Below are positions 45,201 to 59,400 of a stretch of 64,000 nucleotides of DNA, in pieces; within the stretch, counting starts at the first letter, position 1, and each line of letters starts with the position of its first letter. The translations under genes and the position numbers were made by a program. Origin of the DNA: Raillietiella orientalis (taxonomy: Eukaryota); contig JAYWIR010000006.1 in assembly GCA_036172245.1 (NCBI GenBank), positions 2,232,001-2,296,000 of the forward strand, written 5' to 3'. Under the pieces are notes generated by a model that was not told the origin of the DNA, searched no databases, and worked only from the letters and a program-made list of their open reading frames with translations.

Positions 45201-48200
45201 ACCATCGGAGGGGTCGTCCAGCTCGAAGAACGCCCTCCTCCCGCAGATGGCGCGAGGACCGCGGACGAGCGAGCGCCGCGAGGCAGACCCCTCCTGGGAT
45301 GGGAGCACGTCCTCCCTGCAGGATGCTCGAGGACGATCCTGAGGGGGTCATGGCGGTCATTGCGCCGCGCGAGTCCGCTGCAGTCCCTGGAGGCTCGGGA
45401 GGGGGAGACGAGCGCCCGCTGACCGGCCGGCGCGGGGCGCCGCTTATTCACAGGTCCCCGTCGTTCCGGACGAGGGAAGGGGATTCGCATGAGGCGCGCA
45501 GCTCCACCGGCCTCTCCGCCCGCGGGCTTCTCGGGGGTGCCCGGCCGTTTGGGCCCCGCCAGCCACTGCCGCGCGACCGCGTCCGCCTCAGCGGAATCCG
45601 CGTGTCCGGAAGTCGAGTGGGCACTGAGGGTGCGGTAATCGGGCTCCCCGGCAGGAGACTGCGAACAGCTGCACTTTTCCTTGGAGCAGACGCATCGAGA
45701 ATCAGTGCGGCACTGCTTTCCGGGCAGGCTGCTGGGTCAGGAGGGCGCGGATCGCCCCTTGACGGCGCGGGTGCAGCAGGGAGGAAGGAGGAAGAGCGCC
45801 ATCATCCTCTGACCTGAGCCCGGAGGGCGTTTCTGGCAGCCCCTTGGGAGGGATCGGAGAACCGAGGTTCGCCTCCCCTCAAGAGTTTCATCAGACAACG
45901 TCGTGTGGATTTACGGGGAGGGCCCTGCCCTTGCCCGCCACCTGCTCCCGTCTGCCGCCCGCCCGGGAAGAGGCAGCTCACGTTTGCCCTCCCCATCGTG
46001 GACGGCACGACGCCGTAGCGGCGGCGGCGGCGGGGGGGAGGAGGGGGAGCGGTCAGATAAAGCGGCGGCGGCGGCAGCTGATGTGCGCTCCATCTGGAGA
46101 TGCAGCTTCGCTTCTCTCCAGGGAAGCGGAGCTCTCCGTGCTCGCGCGCGGTCGGTGAGTCACTTCGCCGTCGCCGCCCCCGCCCGGCGGACGTGCCAGC
46201 GCCGGCCCGGAGAGCGGCGGCCCCTCTGGGAGTTATCTCGGCGCGGGCGCGCTGCTGCGTGATTCATCTTCCTCCATGCGAATGGGTCCAGCCGCGGCGC
46301 GTGCATCCGCTGGCAACCGCTCCTCGGATGAGGATGGGGGCGCGGCTGCTGCTGCGAGGAGGCCGGGCGGAAGGCGCAGGGCAGGGCGTAGCCCATGGCC
46401 GCCCAGCAATGATCGAGGTCCACACCTCCTCTCGTCTCCTCTCCCCCCCTTCCTTCCTTCTTCCAGTGGGGGGAGCGCTGCGGGGCGGACGGAATGCACC
46501 GACGCCGAGATCTCTTCGAAGACACAGCAGCATCTCTGAGAAGGCGGCTCGCACCAGCAGACCTGGCGGCGCAGCAAGGACGCCCCCTCCCCGCAGGATG
46601 GACCTGCCGGAGACGGGGGAGGGAAGAAACATTCTATTCCCATGGTTTCCAGGGCAGGGGAGCTGCTAGGAGGCTCTCCTGCTCGGGAGGACCAAGGCCG
46701 CCGCCGCCGCCTCTGCAGGTTGCCCCGCCGGGGGCACGTCACCCGCGGCTGCACAGGAGACGGCGCACGGGATCCCCGCCTGAAAAGAGGGTTGCAAAAG
46801 CGGGGCCGGTGGTCCGGCAGCCTTCCTCCTTCCTGTTCCCCTCCTCCACCTAGCCGCACCCTTCCAGGCACCACGCCTTGCCCCGCTCCCTTCCGCCGAG
46901 CGAGAGGATGGCGGTCGCCAAGGGGTCGCTCCCCCCCCCCCTCCCCTCAGATCGTCGTCGTTCTCCGCGGGGAAGGGGAGGAGGGAAGAAGAGCAGCAGC
47001 ATCTTCTCTTGCCCTCGCCCGGTCAGATCGCTCCTGAACCTCCGGGGGCGCGCGCGCAGCCATCCATCCATCATGTTCGCGGCGTTCCCTTGACAACAGA
47101 GGCAGGCGGTCCAGCCGGAAGTCGCTGGGGAGGAGACGATGTCGACTCTCCACGCAAAAGGGGAGCGGAGGAAAAGGAGAGCAGGAGTGAGTGAGCGGGT
47201 GAGTTCGTGAAGGGAGAGAAAGGGAGGATGCCAAGGGCACCCATCGTTCCAACCGGATGTTCCCTCCGGAAGCTCCTTCACCTCGGAGTCGGCCGGCCAG
47301 GCGAGCGTTGCCTTTGACTTCGCCGGCTGGAAGGGTCCTCGAACCCGGTGCCGAGTGCTACATCTTCTCTATCCTCTTCCTCCTTTTCCCCTCCTCCCTT
47401 CCCCTTCTTTTCCTCCCGTCACTCTCCTACATCCCCTTCCGCGATCCCATGCCCGCCTTGCATGTGGACGAACTCCAGAGAGAGAGGTTTCCTCTTTTCT
47501 CTTTCTCCTCCTCCTCCTCCATTTACCCGGCCCCTCATGCCATCGGATGGCGCCCTGCCTCCGCAGGTTTCCATCCTTTTGGTGCCCGGGGCAGCAGCAA
47601 CAGCAACGCATTTCCTAGCGACGCGTCTCTTCCCGGTGCAGGGCAGCCGTCGGCTGGTTTCCTCGCGAGCTTCGCGCGGAGCTTCCAAGGCCGCCGCTGC
47701 CGCCGCCTCGAACACTCGTCGTCACCTCCGCTCCCGTGGGTCGCGAGGGCCTTTCGCTTGGAGACCGCTCCTTTGGAATCCCGGAAGGCGATGCGGAGGA
47801 GTAACTGATAGCGTCGAGGGAAAAGATGGACGAGGGTGGAAAGGGTGGGAGGAAGAAGGAAGGATACTGCTGCTGACGGCGAAGGCGGTACTGAACAGAG
47901 AGAAGGGAGGACGCCGGACGGATGGAGAGCCCGCGAGCTACGCAGGGAGAGGATGACATCAGGGGGAAGAAAAGGCCGTTGAGCGGAGCCGAAATGTCGC
48001 TCTCTGAGCCTGGTCCGGGTGGAGACTAAGAGGGTGAGGAGAGCTCCCTCGTCCCTGCCAGCAGATGGCACCTCCCTGTTCCCGGCAGATAGGGAGCAGG
48101 AAGAAGGTGGCGCCTCCCCGGTCTACGGCCGCGTGCCGGACTACCTGTCCGAGCCCCTCCTGCCACGCGAGAGGGACTGGGGCATGGGCAGAGGACAAAC

Positions 48201-50581
48201 GTCGTCCGAAGAGCCCCCTCTTTTCTTCCCTCAGTCCAAACCGGGAATGAAAAGCAGAGGAGCAGAGGGGGGCAGGCACGCCACCGCTTCTCCGCGCCGT
48301 GACCTCACGGCGCGCGAGGGTGCCTCGGTCTTCCAGGACGGGGGGGGGGGGGGGGAGAGGAATAGGGAAACGCAGCGGTGGAAGACGGGCGGCGCACTGC
48401 ACTCTCGCCGCCCGCGGATCTTCCGCAGCGGTGACGTCAGAGGGCGGAGACGCACCGCACGCGCGAGATGACTCATCCCGCTTCGGCTTCTCCGCAGCCG
48501 CACCTCCGAGCGCTCGTCTGTCCGTCCTCCAACGGACCTGACCCTCCCCTTTCCCTCCAGAGATCGCCCCAAAACCCTCCGTCTCCCGCCTGTCCCTGCC
48601 ACCTCCGCGGGACGGGCGCAAGAGGCGAGGAGGACGAGGGCGCTCTCGGTACGGGAAAGGTCCGCCGTCCATCCCACGGCAGCGTTCCTGCAACCTCCTC
48701 GCTGCGGGAGGAGGAGGAGGAAAGAGGGAAGAAAGGGAGGAAGGGGGGGGGGATTCGAACGCCGGCACGTAGTCATGAGTGCCTTGGTTACGGGAAGCGA
48801 TGCCCCCCCCCCCAGGTTGCCTGGGAGACGGCCGAGAGGACCCGCGAAGGAAAGCTGCAGGAGATTTGTACTGTGGGCGCCGCCGCTGGACCAGGGAGGT
48901 TCCCCGAGAGGGGGCATCTCTGCCTCTGCCCCACTAGCTCGATAGGATGGTTGTCCGGCGCGAGGAGTCCCTCCTTTCCCTTTTGCCCGTGTGCCTCCAC
49001 CGGCAGGCCGGTTTCAACGCGCGTATCCAAGGAGCCATCGCATCTCTCGCCACCGTCTTCCGAAGAAGGGGGGGAGTTGCCTGTGCCTCTTTGCCTCCTC
49101 CCCCTAGGAACCGTTGAGGGGTACACGTCCAGCTCTGCCGCCTCTTCCCGAAGGCTCCTGCGTGCGGGTCGTTCGGCAGGCCAGGAGGCGAGAGAGTGAG
49201 CGCAAGGCGGGAGGAGGGGGGGAGGAGTGTCCGCGGACTCTTCATTTCCCGGAGGGCTGAGCCATGTGGGAAGCGGCGGGAGGACCTTTCCTCGAGCGTT
49301 GCTTCTCCCGGTCTGCCTCGCACTGCCGGGACGCGCTCGGGAGAACTCGGAAAAGCTAATTGGGGAGGGAGGCTGTTGCTAGGAGGCTCCGAGGATCTCT
49401 CCGTCTATCGAGATGGGAAGGGGAAAAAGGGAGAGGAGGTGAAGGCAAGAGGAAACGCCTGCCTCAGAGCAGAGGAGGGCTCTTCTCCTTTCCTGTGGGA
49501 GAGTTCCCATGGCGCGATGCAGGAAACGCTCTGCTCTTCCTTTCCCCTCCCTCCCTCCGTCGTTTCATCCGAGAGCCTTCCTCCAGAGGATTCCTTTGTT
49601 TTCCTCTCCCACTACGGATCCTCCGTTTTTTTTTTTTCTTTTCTTTCTTTCTTTTCCTTCTCTCTCCCCTCCCTTTCTTTCCCCGTCCCGCGGCCGCGAA
49701 GCTCCACTCTGAGGTCCCTCTTTTTTCGGAGCTTGGTCCGTTGCCTGGAACCCGGCGGAACACGTTCCCACGAGCTCCCCGCTCCTGTTGGCGAAGGGGA
49801 GGGAGACTGAGGAGCACGCGTCGCACCCGTTCCTCCTCGGCGATGGCGGGGGCGGGGGTGGAGAAGCGGTGGCCGCGATGAGAAGATTCAACGATCCAGC
49901 AGAGTCGCGGAGGGGGAGGCCCGAACCGGGAAAGAAGCGCCCCTTGCGGAACCCCCATAGAGACGAGGACAGCGTTGGTGTTTTTTTTTCTTTTCCTTTC
50001 TTTCTTTTTTCTTTCTAGGGGAGATTGGGGTTCGGGACAATAAAGGCAGAACTGAACCATCGTCAGGGAGCCTGCTTCTCGCGCCGAACGTGAGGCACAT
50101 CACCCGAAGAAACCTCCAACCGATAGGACCGTCTCCACAGGCAACGCTTTCACGGAAGCTGGGACGAATTCGCAGACACGTAAACATAAATCAAGGCGCT
50201 CCGGAACAAAAAAAAAAAAAAACAAGCGCGAGCTCACCAGGAAAATTGGAGAAAAGCGCGCGGAGGAACACACAGAAGTCGCGCGGCAGAAAGGGAGTTC
50301 CACCCCAGAGCACTTTCGTTGACGCGCAGCATGGGTCGCGCCTTCGCTGATCGAAAGCACGGCGGAAAGACAGTCGGTCGGCTTTTCTCACTCCTTTCGG
50401 GACTCGCCCATCAGAGAAACTCGCGGGAGGCGCGGGGAGATGCGTTGCTCTCGAGAGGACGCCCGGATGCCACATTTGCATGACAGCTCCCTGCCGCACG
50501 TGCGCGCCTTCATGAGTTCGGGGTGAGGGAAGGGAAAAATAGGCGATCTCGAAGCTGAGAAAGCATAGCGAAAGCCATGCC

Positions 50582-50765
50582 GTTAATTTTAGCCTTGGAG
50601 TCAGAGGCAACAATGGAGACATCCCGGCTGTGCAAGTAGGGAGACTGTCGTGTGGTTAATTTTAGCCTTGGTTACGGAGGCAACAATGGAGACATCCCGG
50701 CTGTGCAAGTAGGGCGACTGTCGTGTGGTTAATTTTAGCCTTGGTTACGGAGGCAACAATGGAGA
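50582..50765. repeat. 73-bp tandem repeat, ~2.5 copies
   Basis: Unit GTTAATTTTAGCCTTGGTTACGGAGGCAACAATGGAGACATCCCGGCTGTGCAAGTAGGGCGACTGTCGTGTG starts at 50582, 50655 and 50728; copy 1 differs at a few positions. Confidence 0.95.
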
Positions 50766-53444
50766 TCCGACAGCGAAGTCAGCATGGACGCTGCGCGGTC
50801 TATTTATTTGCATAGTGAACTTGGCGTGAAAGCCACGCTGCAAACTTTTTGGTTTCCGTCTCCGTGGTTTACAGCGATTCGTTTGGGGCGCTTCTGCCGA
50901 ACTTTCCATGCTTTGGAGACGACGAGCACAGCAGAATCTCGAAACAGTCGGTAACTATTGCTGCGTGGCTGCTGTTTGCACACAGATGCTTGTGCTCCTC
51001 GCACTATGGTTTAGCACATTTTTGCATGGGCATGCTCGAAACTTAGGCGCAGGCCAGTGTGCACGCCAGCGCGGAGCCGCTTCTGGCGTGTGCACGTGGG
51101 CAATCATTCGGGTCAAGCTTTTCGACCGAGCAGCGCAGATGGATAGCGACCGTTTCCCCTTTTCGTGGTGCCAACAGGAGGCTTCCTTCCTTTCTTCCCG
51201 GTTCAGCAGCGCTGCAGGAATAGTCTGCATTCTCAGCATTGCCCTGCGGGAACTGTGGCAGTGGCGGTTTCGCCTAGCGAACGGGGCGCGCAGACAGCAA
51301 CGCCAGATGTAAGCCGAGTAAGAGCACGCCGACTTTTCCTCCTCTTTGCGGATTCTTCGCCGTACCATTCCCGTGTTCAGAAAGAAAGACGAAGGTGTTC
51401 AGCAGCATCGAGTGCGATGAGCTGGAAGGGAGAGAGAGAGCTGCTCCAGATCCCGCGGATATGTATGTGAAGGATGGGGAAGGAAAGGAGGAAGAGGAAC
51501 GGATCTTTTTAGTGCTCCTCCTCTTTACTCTCTCCTCGTCCTTCAAGACGAGGAACATTACCCCTTTCCCATTCCCTTCTCCTTGGCAGACAGTGATAGC
51601 GATCCAGGGAAGGAGGGATTCCGGAAGCTGGGTCGAGTCGAGTCGAGGAAAGGGAAGGAGACGGAAGAGCAACAAAGGAGTGCCCGGGACGTCCTGAAAG
51701 AGATCAGCATCTCGAGATAGCAACACCGCGGAAACATGGGGAGAAAAGGAAAAAAAAAAAAAGAGTGGAGGGGGAGGAAAAGAAGGAAGGTGGGAAAAAG
51801 GGGGAAGAAAGGAATCTCGGAGCCCCTTCGTGCATTCCTGCCGCATTCCCTGGCCTATTCAGCTTCGAGTTCGCGTCGGCGGGAACCCTGGCGGGAGATG
51901 AAAAGGGGGGACTACCCGTCGTCGAGAGACTTTCGTTGCCCCTCCTCCGCCCTCCCCCTCCCTTGCAGCTTCGGGAGAGGATCGTTCCCTCGGCCCCTCC
52001 CTCCTCCGCCTCCTCCTTGCTCCCTCCGCCGCCACCTGCCCGCTCGGCCTTATCGGTTTCCTTCCATCGGTCATTAGCGCGCGCACCTGGTCGAGCCAGA
52101 TGAGGAGGCGGTGGAGGAGGATAAGAGCTCCTCCTCCGCCTCCGTGTTTCCCCTTCTGAGTCAGGAGGCTGTTCCTCTGCCTCGCCGACCACCTCGAAGG
52201 AGAGGAAGACGTTGAAGCTGTGGGGAAGGCGTCGACGTCTCCCGGCGGGCTTCCCGGGGGGAACGTGCGTCCGCGGGGCGAATGGGTGGACTATGGCTGA
52301 ACATCCTACGGCGCGTGCGCCATGGTAAGAGGCAGCACTTGCGTAATTGGGGCAGTACAAACGGTAGAGCTCAAAGGGGGTGAGGTCACGGAAAACTGAA
52401 AACAGCACAAGCTGCACGGAGGAGCGGGGTGTGCGTCCGTAGAGGATGGGAGCCTCAGACTGCCTTCCTAAGGTCTGGACCGATCGCTCTGCGCCTCCCA
52501 CCCATGTGATCCGTTTCCTGTTCCCCCCCGTCTTTCCCGTTCCGACTGTGGCCGTCTTCCAGGGCGCGTCAGGCGGCGGCAATAGCGGCCCCTCCGCCTC
52601 TAGTGGAGCTACCCCACGATTTTTTCTCCTCCCCTGTCCCCCTTTCCAGCACGTTGAGCTGTGGACAGTTTCGTTGCAGCCTGCTGTTGTTTTCGAATCT
52701 CACTTTCCCCCCCGTTGCCGTGTCTTCCTTCCTCGCGTCTAAGGAAGCCGCTGCTTCCGCAGGGAGTGTGCCCCGCGGACTTTCTGCCTCGCCGTGCGAC
52801 GTCCGTCCATCCGTCTTCTTCTTCGGGGGCCTCGGCGTAATTGGGGCCCACTGCCGAAGCCGAATCTGGATTGATTGCGCGGGAGACTCCCTTCTCTCTT
52901 GCTCCTCCTCTCCCGGAGGCGATCTGACCCCGTCGCGAGAAGCGCGCACGCGCGTCATCTGGATAGCACCCTCGAAGCGATCGAGAGACGGCGAGCCTGC
53001 CGCCATCCTCGTTCCCGTGGGAACGAGACGCTGCGCCTCGCTCCCCCTCTTTTTTTCCTTTCTCTTCTCGCTCCCCCTTCAGTCCTCCGCGGTTGGCAAG
53101 CAAAGCGTAGAAAGGGTGGTTTGCTCGCTGAAACCAGGACGGGATCGAGAAGGAACAAGAAGACCGGGAGAGGGGGAAAGGGGAGGGGGAATAAAGTGTA
53201 AGTTCCACTATCCCTATCCGTCTGGCTGGCCTGGGCTGCTGCCGAGCTCTACGGGGGGTCGCCATCAAGGAGGGAGGATGCGGTACAGTTTCCCCTTAAG
53301 GGTCATCTTCTTCCACGGCCAGTAGCATGTCCCGCTCTCTACTCCCTCCAGAACGAGGTCGTAGTCCCCTTACCGTGCCCTGGTGGCGATCGGCTAGCGC
53401 AGTCGAATCGCCGTGTAATCGGAGCTGGGAGCCCAGCCGACCCC

Positions 53445-53457
53445 GTTGCATGGCAAC
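53445..53457. promoter_or_regulatory. RFX X-box-like palindrome GTTGCATGGCAAC
   Basis: One base short of the GTTGCCATGGCAAC consensus; the dyad extends to CCCGTTGC-ATG-GCAACGGG. Motif match only. Confidence 0.35.
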
Positions 53458-56400
53458 GGGGTCGGCTGAAAGAAAAAACGAGGAAAAGAAAAAACGAGGG
53501 AGTGGATCTCACGCCCCTGAAATCGAACCCGCCAATTTCCCGGCGTCTTCGGGCGGAGTCGGGAGGACCGATCGGCCGGCCTCTTCCCTCCTTCTCGCGG
53601 GCAGGAAGGACCACCTCTAAGCTCCGCCTTCTTATGTTTAGTGGGTTCCGGAACACGGGAATAAGGAGTGCCTTCCGGTTGTGGCCGACCTCCCCAGTTC
53701 CCAAGATATTCCTGGGAGCTAGGAAGGCCGAGGGATGCGTCCTTGAGCTTTGCCTCTTTCTTCTTCCAGCCTCCCTAGATGTTAGGTTGCCTGCGCCCAG
53801 CTTAGGCGCGTGTAGCACGGTGATCCTTCCTGCTTCATCGCTCTCGAGCAAGAGGGTTCCCGCATGTATCCTGGAGCGAAGCAGGCTGCAACGGGTTCTC
53901 TTCGCCCCCCTTCCTCTCCATACTTGTTCTTCCCGGAAACAACAGCGGAAATGTGCCTTTCTTCTCCCTCCACCTCTTTCCCTCGCCCTCGTCCTTGGCA
54001 TTGTAGTGTCTCTCCCCCCCTCCCCTCCACTCGAAAGGTGGGAAGGAGAGGGAGTGACGTCATCTGCCGCTCCGCGCTCCCGCCGCGCAAATGGCCACGT
54101 TTCCCACGAGTTTGTTCGCGGTCGACAGCGGGGAGAAGGCTAAAAAAGGAAGGAAGAGGCGCTTGCGCGTTGCGATTTCTTCCTCGACGTGCCACCTGTG
54201 GCAGGTCACTGCCGCTCCTCTTATCGCTACGGAAATCGAGCAGCCGCTGTCTTCACCGTCATCGTCGCCTTTCCTTGCGTCCGAGGCGTCCTCGCTGTCG
54301 TCGCGCCTTCTGGGGTCCGCGACGCGCCCCGACGTTTCGTGTGTCGCACTGGACGTCGTCCTCTCGGACGGTTCGCAGCAGTGCGCGCGAGGAGGCGGCT
54401 GCTTTCGGAGTATGCAGGCGGAGACGGCAGGCTGCTGCTTCTTTCCTCCTCCGCCCAGACTGTTGCCATTCTGTTGCCGTCTCGAGGGAAGGGCAGCTGC
54501 AGGGGCCGTCTTGCCGCTGATGCTTGCCGCCCTCTCCGGGTGCCCCGGAGACGAGCCTCGAGGCGCCTCTGGAAGGAGTAGGAAGACGGGAGGCGGCGGA
54601 AGCGTTCCTCGGGACCGCAGGGAGGCCGGGTCGGCTTCTTTAGAGTCCGCCTCTTTGTGAGTCGCCGCCATCATCATCCTCTCCCTTCCCTACCATCTTC
54701 CCGACGAGGGGTCGCAGACTGGGCAGCTCGGCAAGGCCTCCACGCGCTCACGGGGGAGGACAAGAGGAAGGACTAGGGAGGTGTTCACCAAGACAGTAGT
54801 GAGGTTGGCGACGGCAGCTGGGGCATCGCTGCCTTCCCCTCCTCCTCCTGCTTTCGCTCCTCTGTCTGCTATCCCCTCGCGAGCTTTCCCTCCGGGAGCG
54901 TCTTCGGTCCGCCCTCCCGGTCTTTTCATTCCTCCCCTCCTTTTGAATGCTCCTGAGGCGCGTCTCTAGGGAAACGCGGAAGGAGCGCGTCTTTCCTTTG
55001 TGCCGGTGGCCTTTCTTCGTCTCGCGGTGGTTCGTCCGTCGAGGGAGCAGAGACGATAAGGGGAAGAAAAGGAAAAAAAAATAAAGCGGAAGGAGGAGGA
55101 GGGAGAGGAGGGCGCGGGTCTCCCTCATTGTCCTCCTCTCCCTCCTCGCATCTCATGACGTCGCTCTCCGCTTGCATGGCAACGGACCCAGGAAGGAAGG
55201 GTGACCTCTCGCTTCCGCCCTTTCCTCCCCCTGCATTGTTCTCCCGTCCGGTCGGCGAAGGAGGAGGCAAAAGGGGAGGAAACGGGGCAGCGTCCCTTCC
55301 CTCTCCCGCTTGGGCTTCCTCCTCCGCCATGCAAAGGGAGGACGGTGACGCGCGCTCGCCCCTGGACTGCTCGGAGACGTTCGTCCCCTCTCCCTGTCCT
55401 CCTTCCTCTCTACCTTGCCTGTCCTTTGGCGGAGGCTACCTCACCGCGGGAGGGATCGAGGATCTCCTTTTCACCCACGCAGGTAAGGCTTACGTCCAGA
55501 TGCTTCCGGGAGTCGGCCTTACCGGCGTCCCGGCAAGCACGTCGGAGGTTGTAACGGCTTTTGCCAGATTCTTCCGCGCGTGTCCCTTCCTTCCTGGGCA
55601 TTCGCCACGGCGGCCGGAGCGCCTGCTGGGAGCTCCGCATCCCTGTCCTCGGAGAGACAGGGAAAAGAGGGGAGGGTTTTCCGTGGCAGAGATTCCTGCG
55701 ATCTTCGTCGGGGCGGGCCGAGCAGATCGCAGCATCCGCGTGAGCGCCTCGAGAATGCTCAAGAAGAGGGCTGGCAAGGTGAGAGAGAGGAGAGGGGCTC
55801 CCGTGGATGGGAACGGTGGCTGAATGGGCAGCGAGGTCGGCAACGAGTGCAGCGCCAGTTGCAGTCCGCGTTGGACTCTTTCCTGTCGAGATTTTCAGGA
55901 GAAACCGGGAGTGGCAGCGAGGGCGGACTGTAAGCACCAAGGGATCTCTGAGGGCGATTCTTTCCAATTCCTCTTCCTCCCTCCCTCCCCTGCTATGAGT
56001 TTCTTGCGTCTTCGTCTAATCCTTGATTTCCTCGTCGGTAAAGGATGGACGTGGAAGATGCGTCTGGGACGGAACCACTCCTTCTGGAAGAAGAAGAGGA
56101 AAATTTTCCATGGTTCCGCAGAGGCTAGGGCCTCGGATGGGACCGCACCCTGAGGTGTGCCGCAGGCACTGGCGGACCTTCTTCCGGGGGGAAAGAGCAG
56201 CAGACGCGGAAATCCAGGAGAGCTGGGGAGAGCAGCGCCGGCGGCAGCAGACCAGGAGGTGCTGCAGGCGGCTCCTTCTTCGACCATGCCAACTCCCGGA
56301 ACGATCCAGCCGCTTCCAGCAGCCCTTCCCCTTCCGATCGAGTTCGAACCGCCGTGCCCCTGCGGGCACTCCAAGAGGACTGCGGCTCTGCGCTCGTCTC

Positions 56401-59400
56401 AGAGGCAGCACCATTTCCTCTGGCCCCTGGGTCCCTTTCATCCCCCCTTCTCGGCGCCGGTGCACGAGTCAGCCGGCAACAAAACATCCGACCTCTTCCT
56501 CCTCCCTCCTCCCCCTCGACCTTTTTGGCGGTTTTTTCATTTTCATTTTTTTTTCAGAGCGGGGGGAGGGGAATCGGCGGGAAGGACGAGGATGTGACTC
56601 CTCCTCTACGAGCTTCGAGGAGAGGGAGGAGGAAAGCAGAACGGGAAAGGGGAGGGGGGAGAGGAATGCGGAGGAGAAGCGTCTCGTTTCGGGAGATCAA
56701 ATATTTGCTTTTCCATGGATACAATCGCAAACCGAGAAGCATCCGAACGCTATCAGCAAAGAAGAGATGGAATATCCGTCTGCCTTCTCTTCCCGTCGTC
56801 GCGAGCGAGGAAAGCGGAGGACAGGAGCGCCGCTCGGGGCATTGGCGGCTCCTTCCTCGCTCCCGAGCGAAAGAAAGGGAGGAAGCTGGCTGCAGAGAGC
56901 TTTCGCGAGAACCAAGCTGATGTGGGCGCAGGGGGAGGAGGAGAAGGAGGGAGGAGGAGGATGCCCGCGTCATCATCCCGAGGAGGCAGGCAGTGGCGGA
57001 GCGCGACTGCGCTCCCCGGCATCCTCGCGGCATCATCGCCTGCGCGACGCGGGTCGCGAGGGCTGCCTCGCCGTCGCCACGGAGGTCGACCGGAGGCCGC
57101 TGGACAGCGCGTCGTTTTCCGCCCGTGCCAGAGTGGAGAAAGGGAAGAGTGGGGCGTGCTCTGGGGTCTGGCTCCGCGAACGCTCATCCTTCCGCGGACG
57201 ACTTCCGGGACGCGGTGCGCGGTGGCTATGGGTTTCTCACCTGGTTTTTCCCTTCTGTCGGAGACCGCGAAGATGACGCGCATGTCTACGGGGGAAATTC
57301 ACCTCATCCTGAGTGGCACAGGGAGGGCGGCTGAAAGAACGAGGAAGCGCGCTCCCGAGAGTGCAGGGCTCTCAAGGGTGGTTTGCGGGCGCAGCTCGTT
57401 CGCGATGGAAGAACCGAGGAGAGGGCAATTTTCCTTCCTCAGTGGTCGACAGGAGTGGATGCCCATCGCGTGCAGGCTCCCTGCTTCCCTCACGTAGGAG
57501 GTCCGCTTCCGCACCAGTCGCTTTTCTGCTCTCCCTCCTTCCTTCCCCGGAGGCCAAGTGGGTAATCCGGCAGTGTGCAGCTTCAAGGGAGGAGAAGGAA
57601 GGGGAGGAACGGGCCAGCGGTGTGCGCGGGAAGCATGAGGACCGCGAGGAAGAGAGAGAACCTCCTCGTCTTCTCGACCCTTCCATTTTCTAGCTTTCAC
57701 TTTTGCCGCAGACCGACAAGGTCTTCCGAGACTGACGAGCAAAAAAGGGCGCCGAAGATGAGTGGCTCCTTTCTGGAGAGGCTGCGGACTGCGAACGGTT
57801 CCATCAGCCAACAGGAACCTCTTAGACCCGGTTCTCCTCTCTCAACGTCTCTTGCCCTGTCATTTTTTTTCCTTCCCTGTCTTCCATGGTCCAGATCTCC
57901 AGAGGCTGTCGCGCTCGTGCAGTGAGAGCTGGAACACCAGATATTCCAGGAAGAATGGCTGTCTCTCGCATCGCCCCTAGGGGGCACGGGCGCGCCGCCG
58001 CAGCATCATCATCGAGGAGGGAGGGAGTTTCGTGCCCCCAGCGTGGGTGACACGGGCATGTGCGCGCTGTCACCACAGGGTTCGACGCACTTGTGCCCGT
58101 CCTTGGAAGCTGCCTGGCCTCCGATCTGCGGCTCGCATCTGTCCTACGCAAAAGCGAGTAGCCGAAGGAGGCTGGAGGCGAGGAGCCGGATCTTTACGAT
58201 GAGCTGCTTTTATGGCGCCGATCATGCAACTGGGTCGAATCAGTGCGCGGGATGGTGAGCCCGCTAATGATCCCTTTCCTATCATTCCGTCCCGCGCGAA
58301 GCGGTTTACGATCCCGAAGCGGAGCGTTCTCCTGTCCCTGGAACGCACAGCCTTCTCTCGCCACGCACGATGCCATAAAAAAGAATGGAAAAAACAAAAC
58401 AACAACGACGACGATGGAAAAACAAGCGACTGCTTCCGCAGAGATGTTCCAGGGAGACGATACCACGACAAACCTCGCTTCTTCCAATGGAACTCCGAGG
58501 GGGAGGAAAGGAGCAGCCTCCTGGCAGAGAGAGAATCCCGTAGGATAGCCTTCTTGTCTCCGGGAACTTGGCTTCCCCGGCAGCATTTTCACGCGTGGAT
58601 CCTCACGTTCTCTCAGGGCCGCCTTGCGTCAGAGCGCTCCGTGTGGTTGCCGTGGAGGAAAGCGGTGCTGTCGTCGTGTCTTTTCGAGGACGCGAAGACC
58701 GCGTTAGCAGCTTCCAGTGTGAACACCGGAAACTGCCTTCGTCGCAGAAACAGGAAGAGCAAGGGGTGGAATACCCCTCCTCCCCTCCGCCTACTCCCTT
58801 CTCCCTTTCTATGACGGTGCTGTTTCGAGGGAGGTTGCAGTGAGGGGCAAGGCAGGAGCTCATTCTTTTGGCTTCCCTCTGCGACCACATCGCTTAGTCG
58901 ATGTGACCGGTAGGCTTCGAGGGCGCATCTCATGCCTCGCACAACGGGGACCGGAAAGGCTTCTCTGGAGGGCACGGATCCGGGAGCAAGCAACCCACCC
59001 CGGGCCCGCAGGAACTGACCGTTTCTGGGCCGTCCTGACCAAAACGCGTCCCGAGGGGGAGACACGGTCGGAAGCGGCAGACCAGCGCACTTCGCTGTGG
59101 CAGCCGCTGCATTTCGGAAGGAAGGATGCCACGCGGAGCTTCGCCCTGCCCTCCCGCTCACCTCATTCTGGGTGGGTGGCTAAGAGATGAGGAGAAGAAG
59201 CTGTTTCCGAATCCCGGAAAAACCCTTACTGCAGCGGAGGAGCATCTGATTTCTTCTGCTTGGATTCCCTTACCAGGACGCTGCGGAGATGGCGCAGGCG
59301 GACCGCGTTTCCACGCCAACATGGTGGGACCCAGAGGCTCTCACTGGGAGCGGTGAGTCAGGCAGTAGGAAGAAGGTCGAGAAGAAGAAAGACTGTGCCG

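Noticed and set aside
50582..50765. 73-bp repeat as a tRNA array, CRISPR array or hammerhead ribozyme
   Set aside because: No cloverleaf or TTCG T-loop, no unique spacers, no CTGATGA/GAAA core
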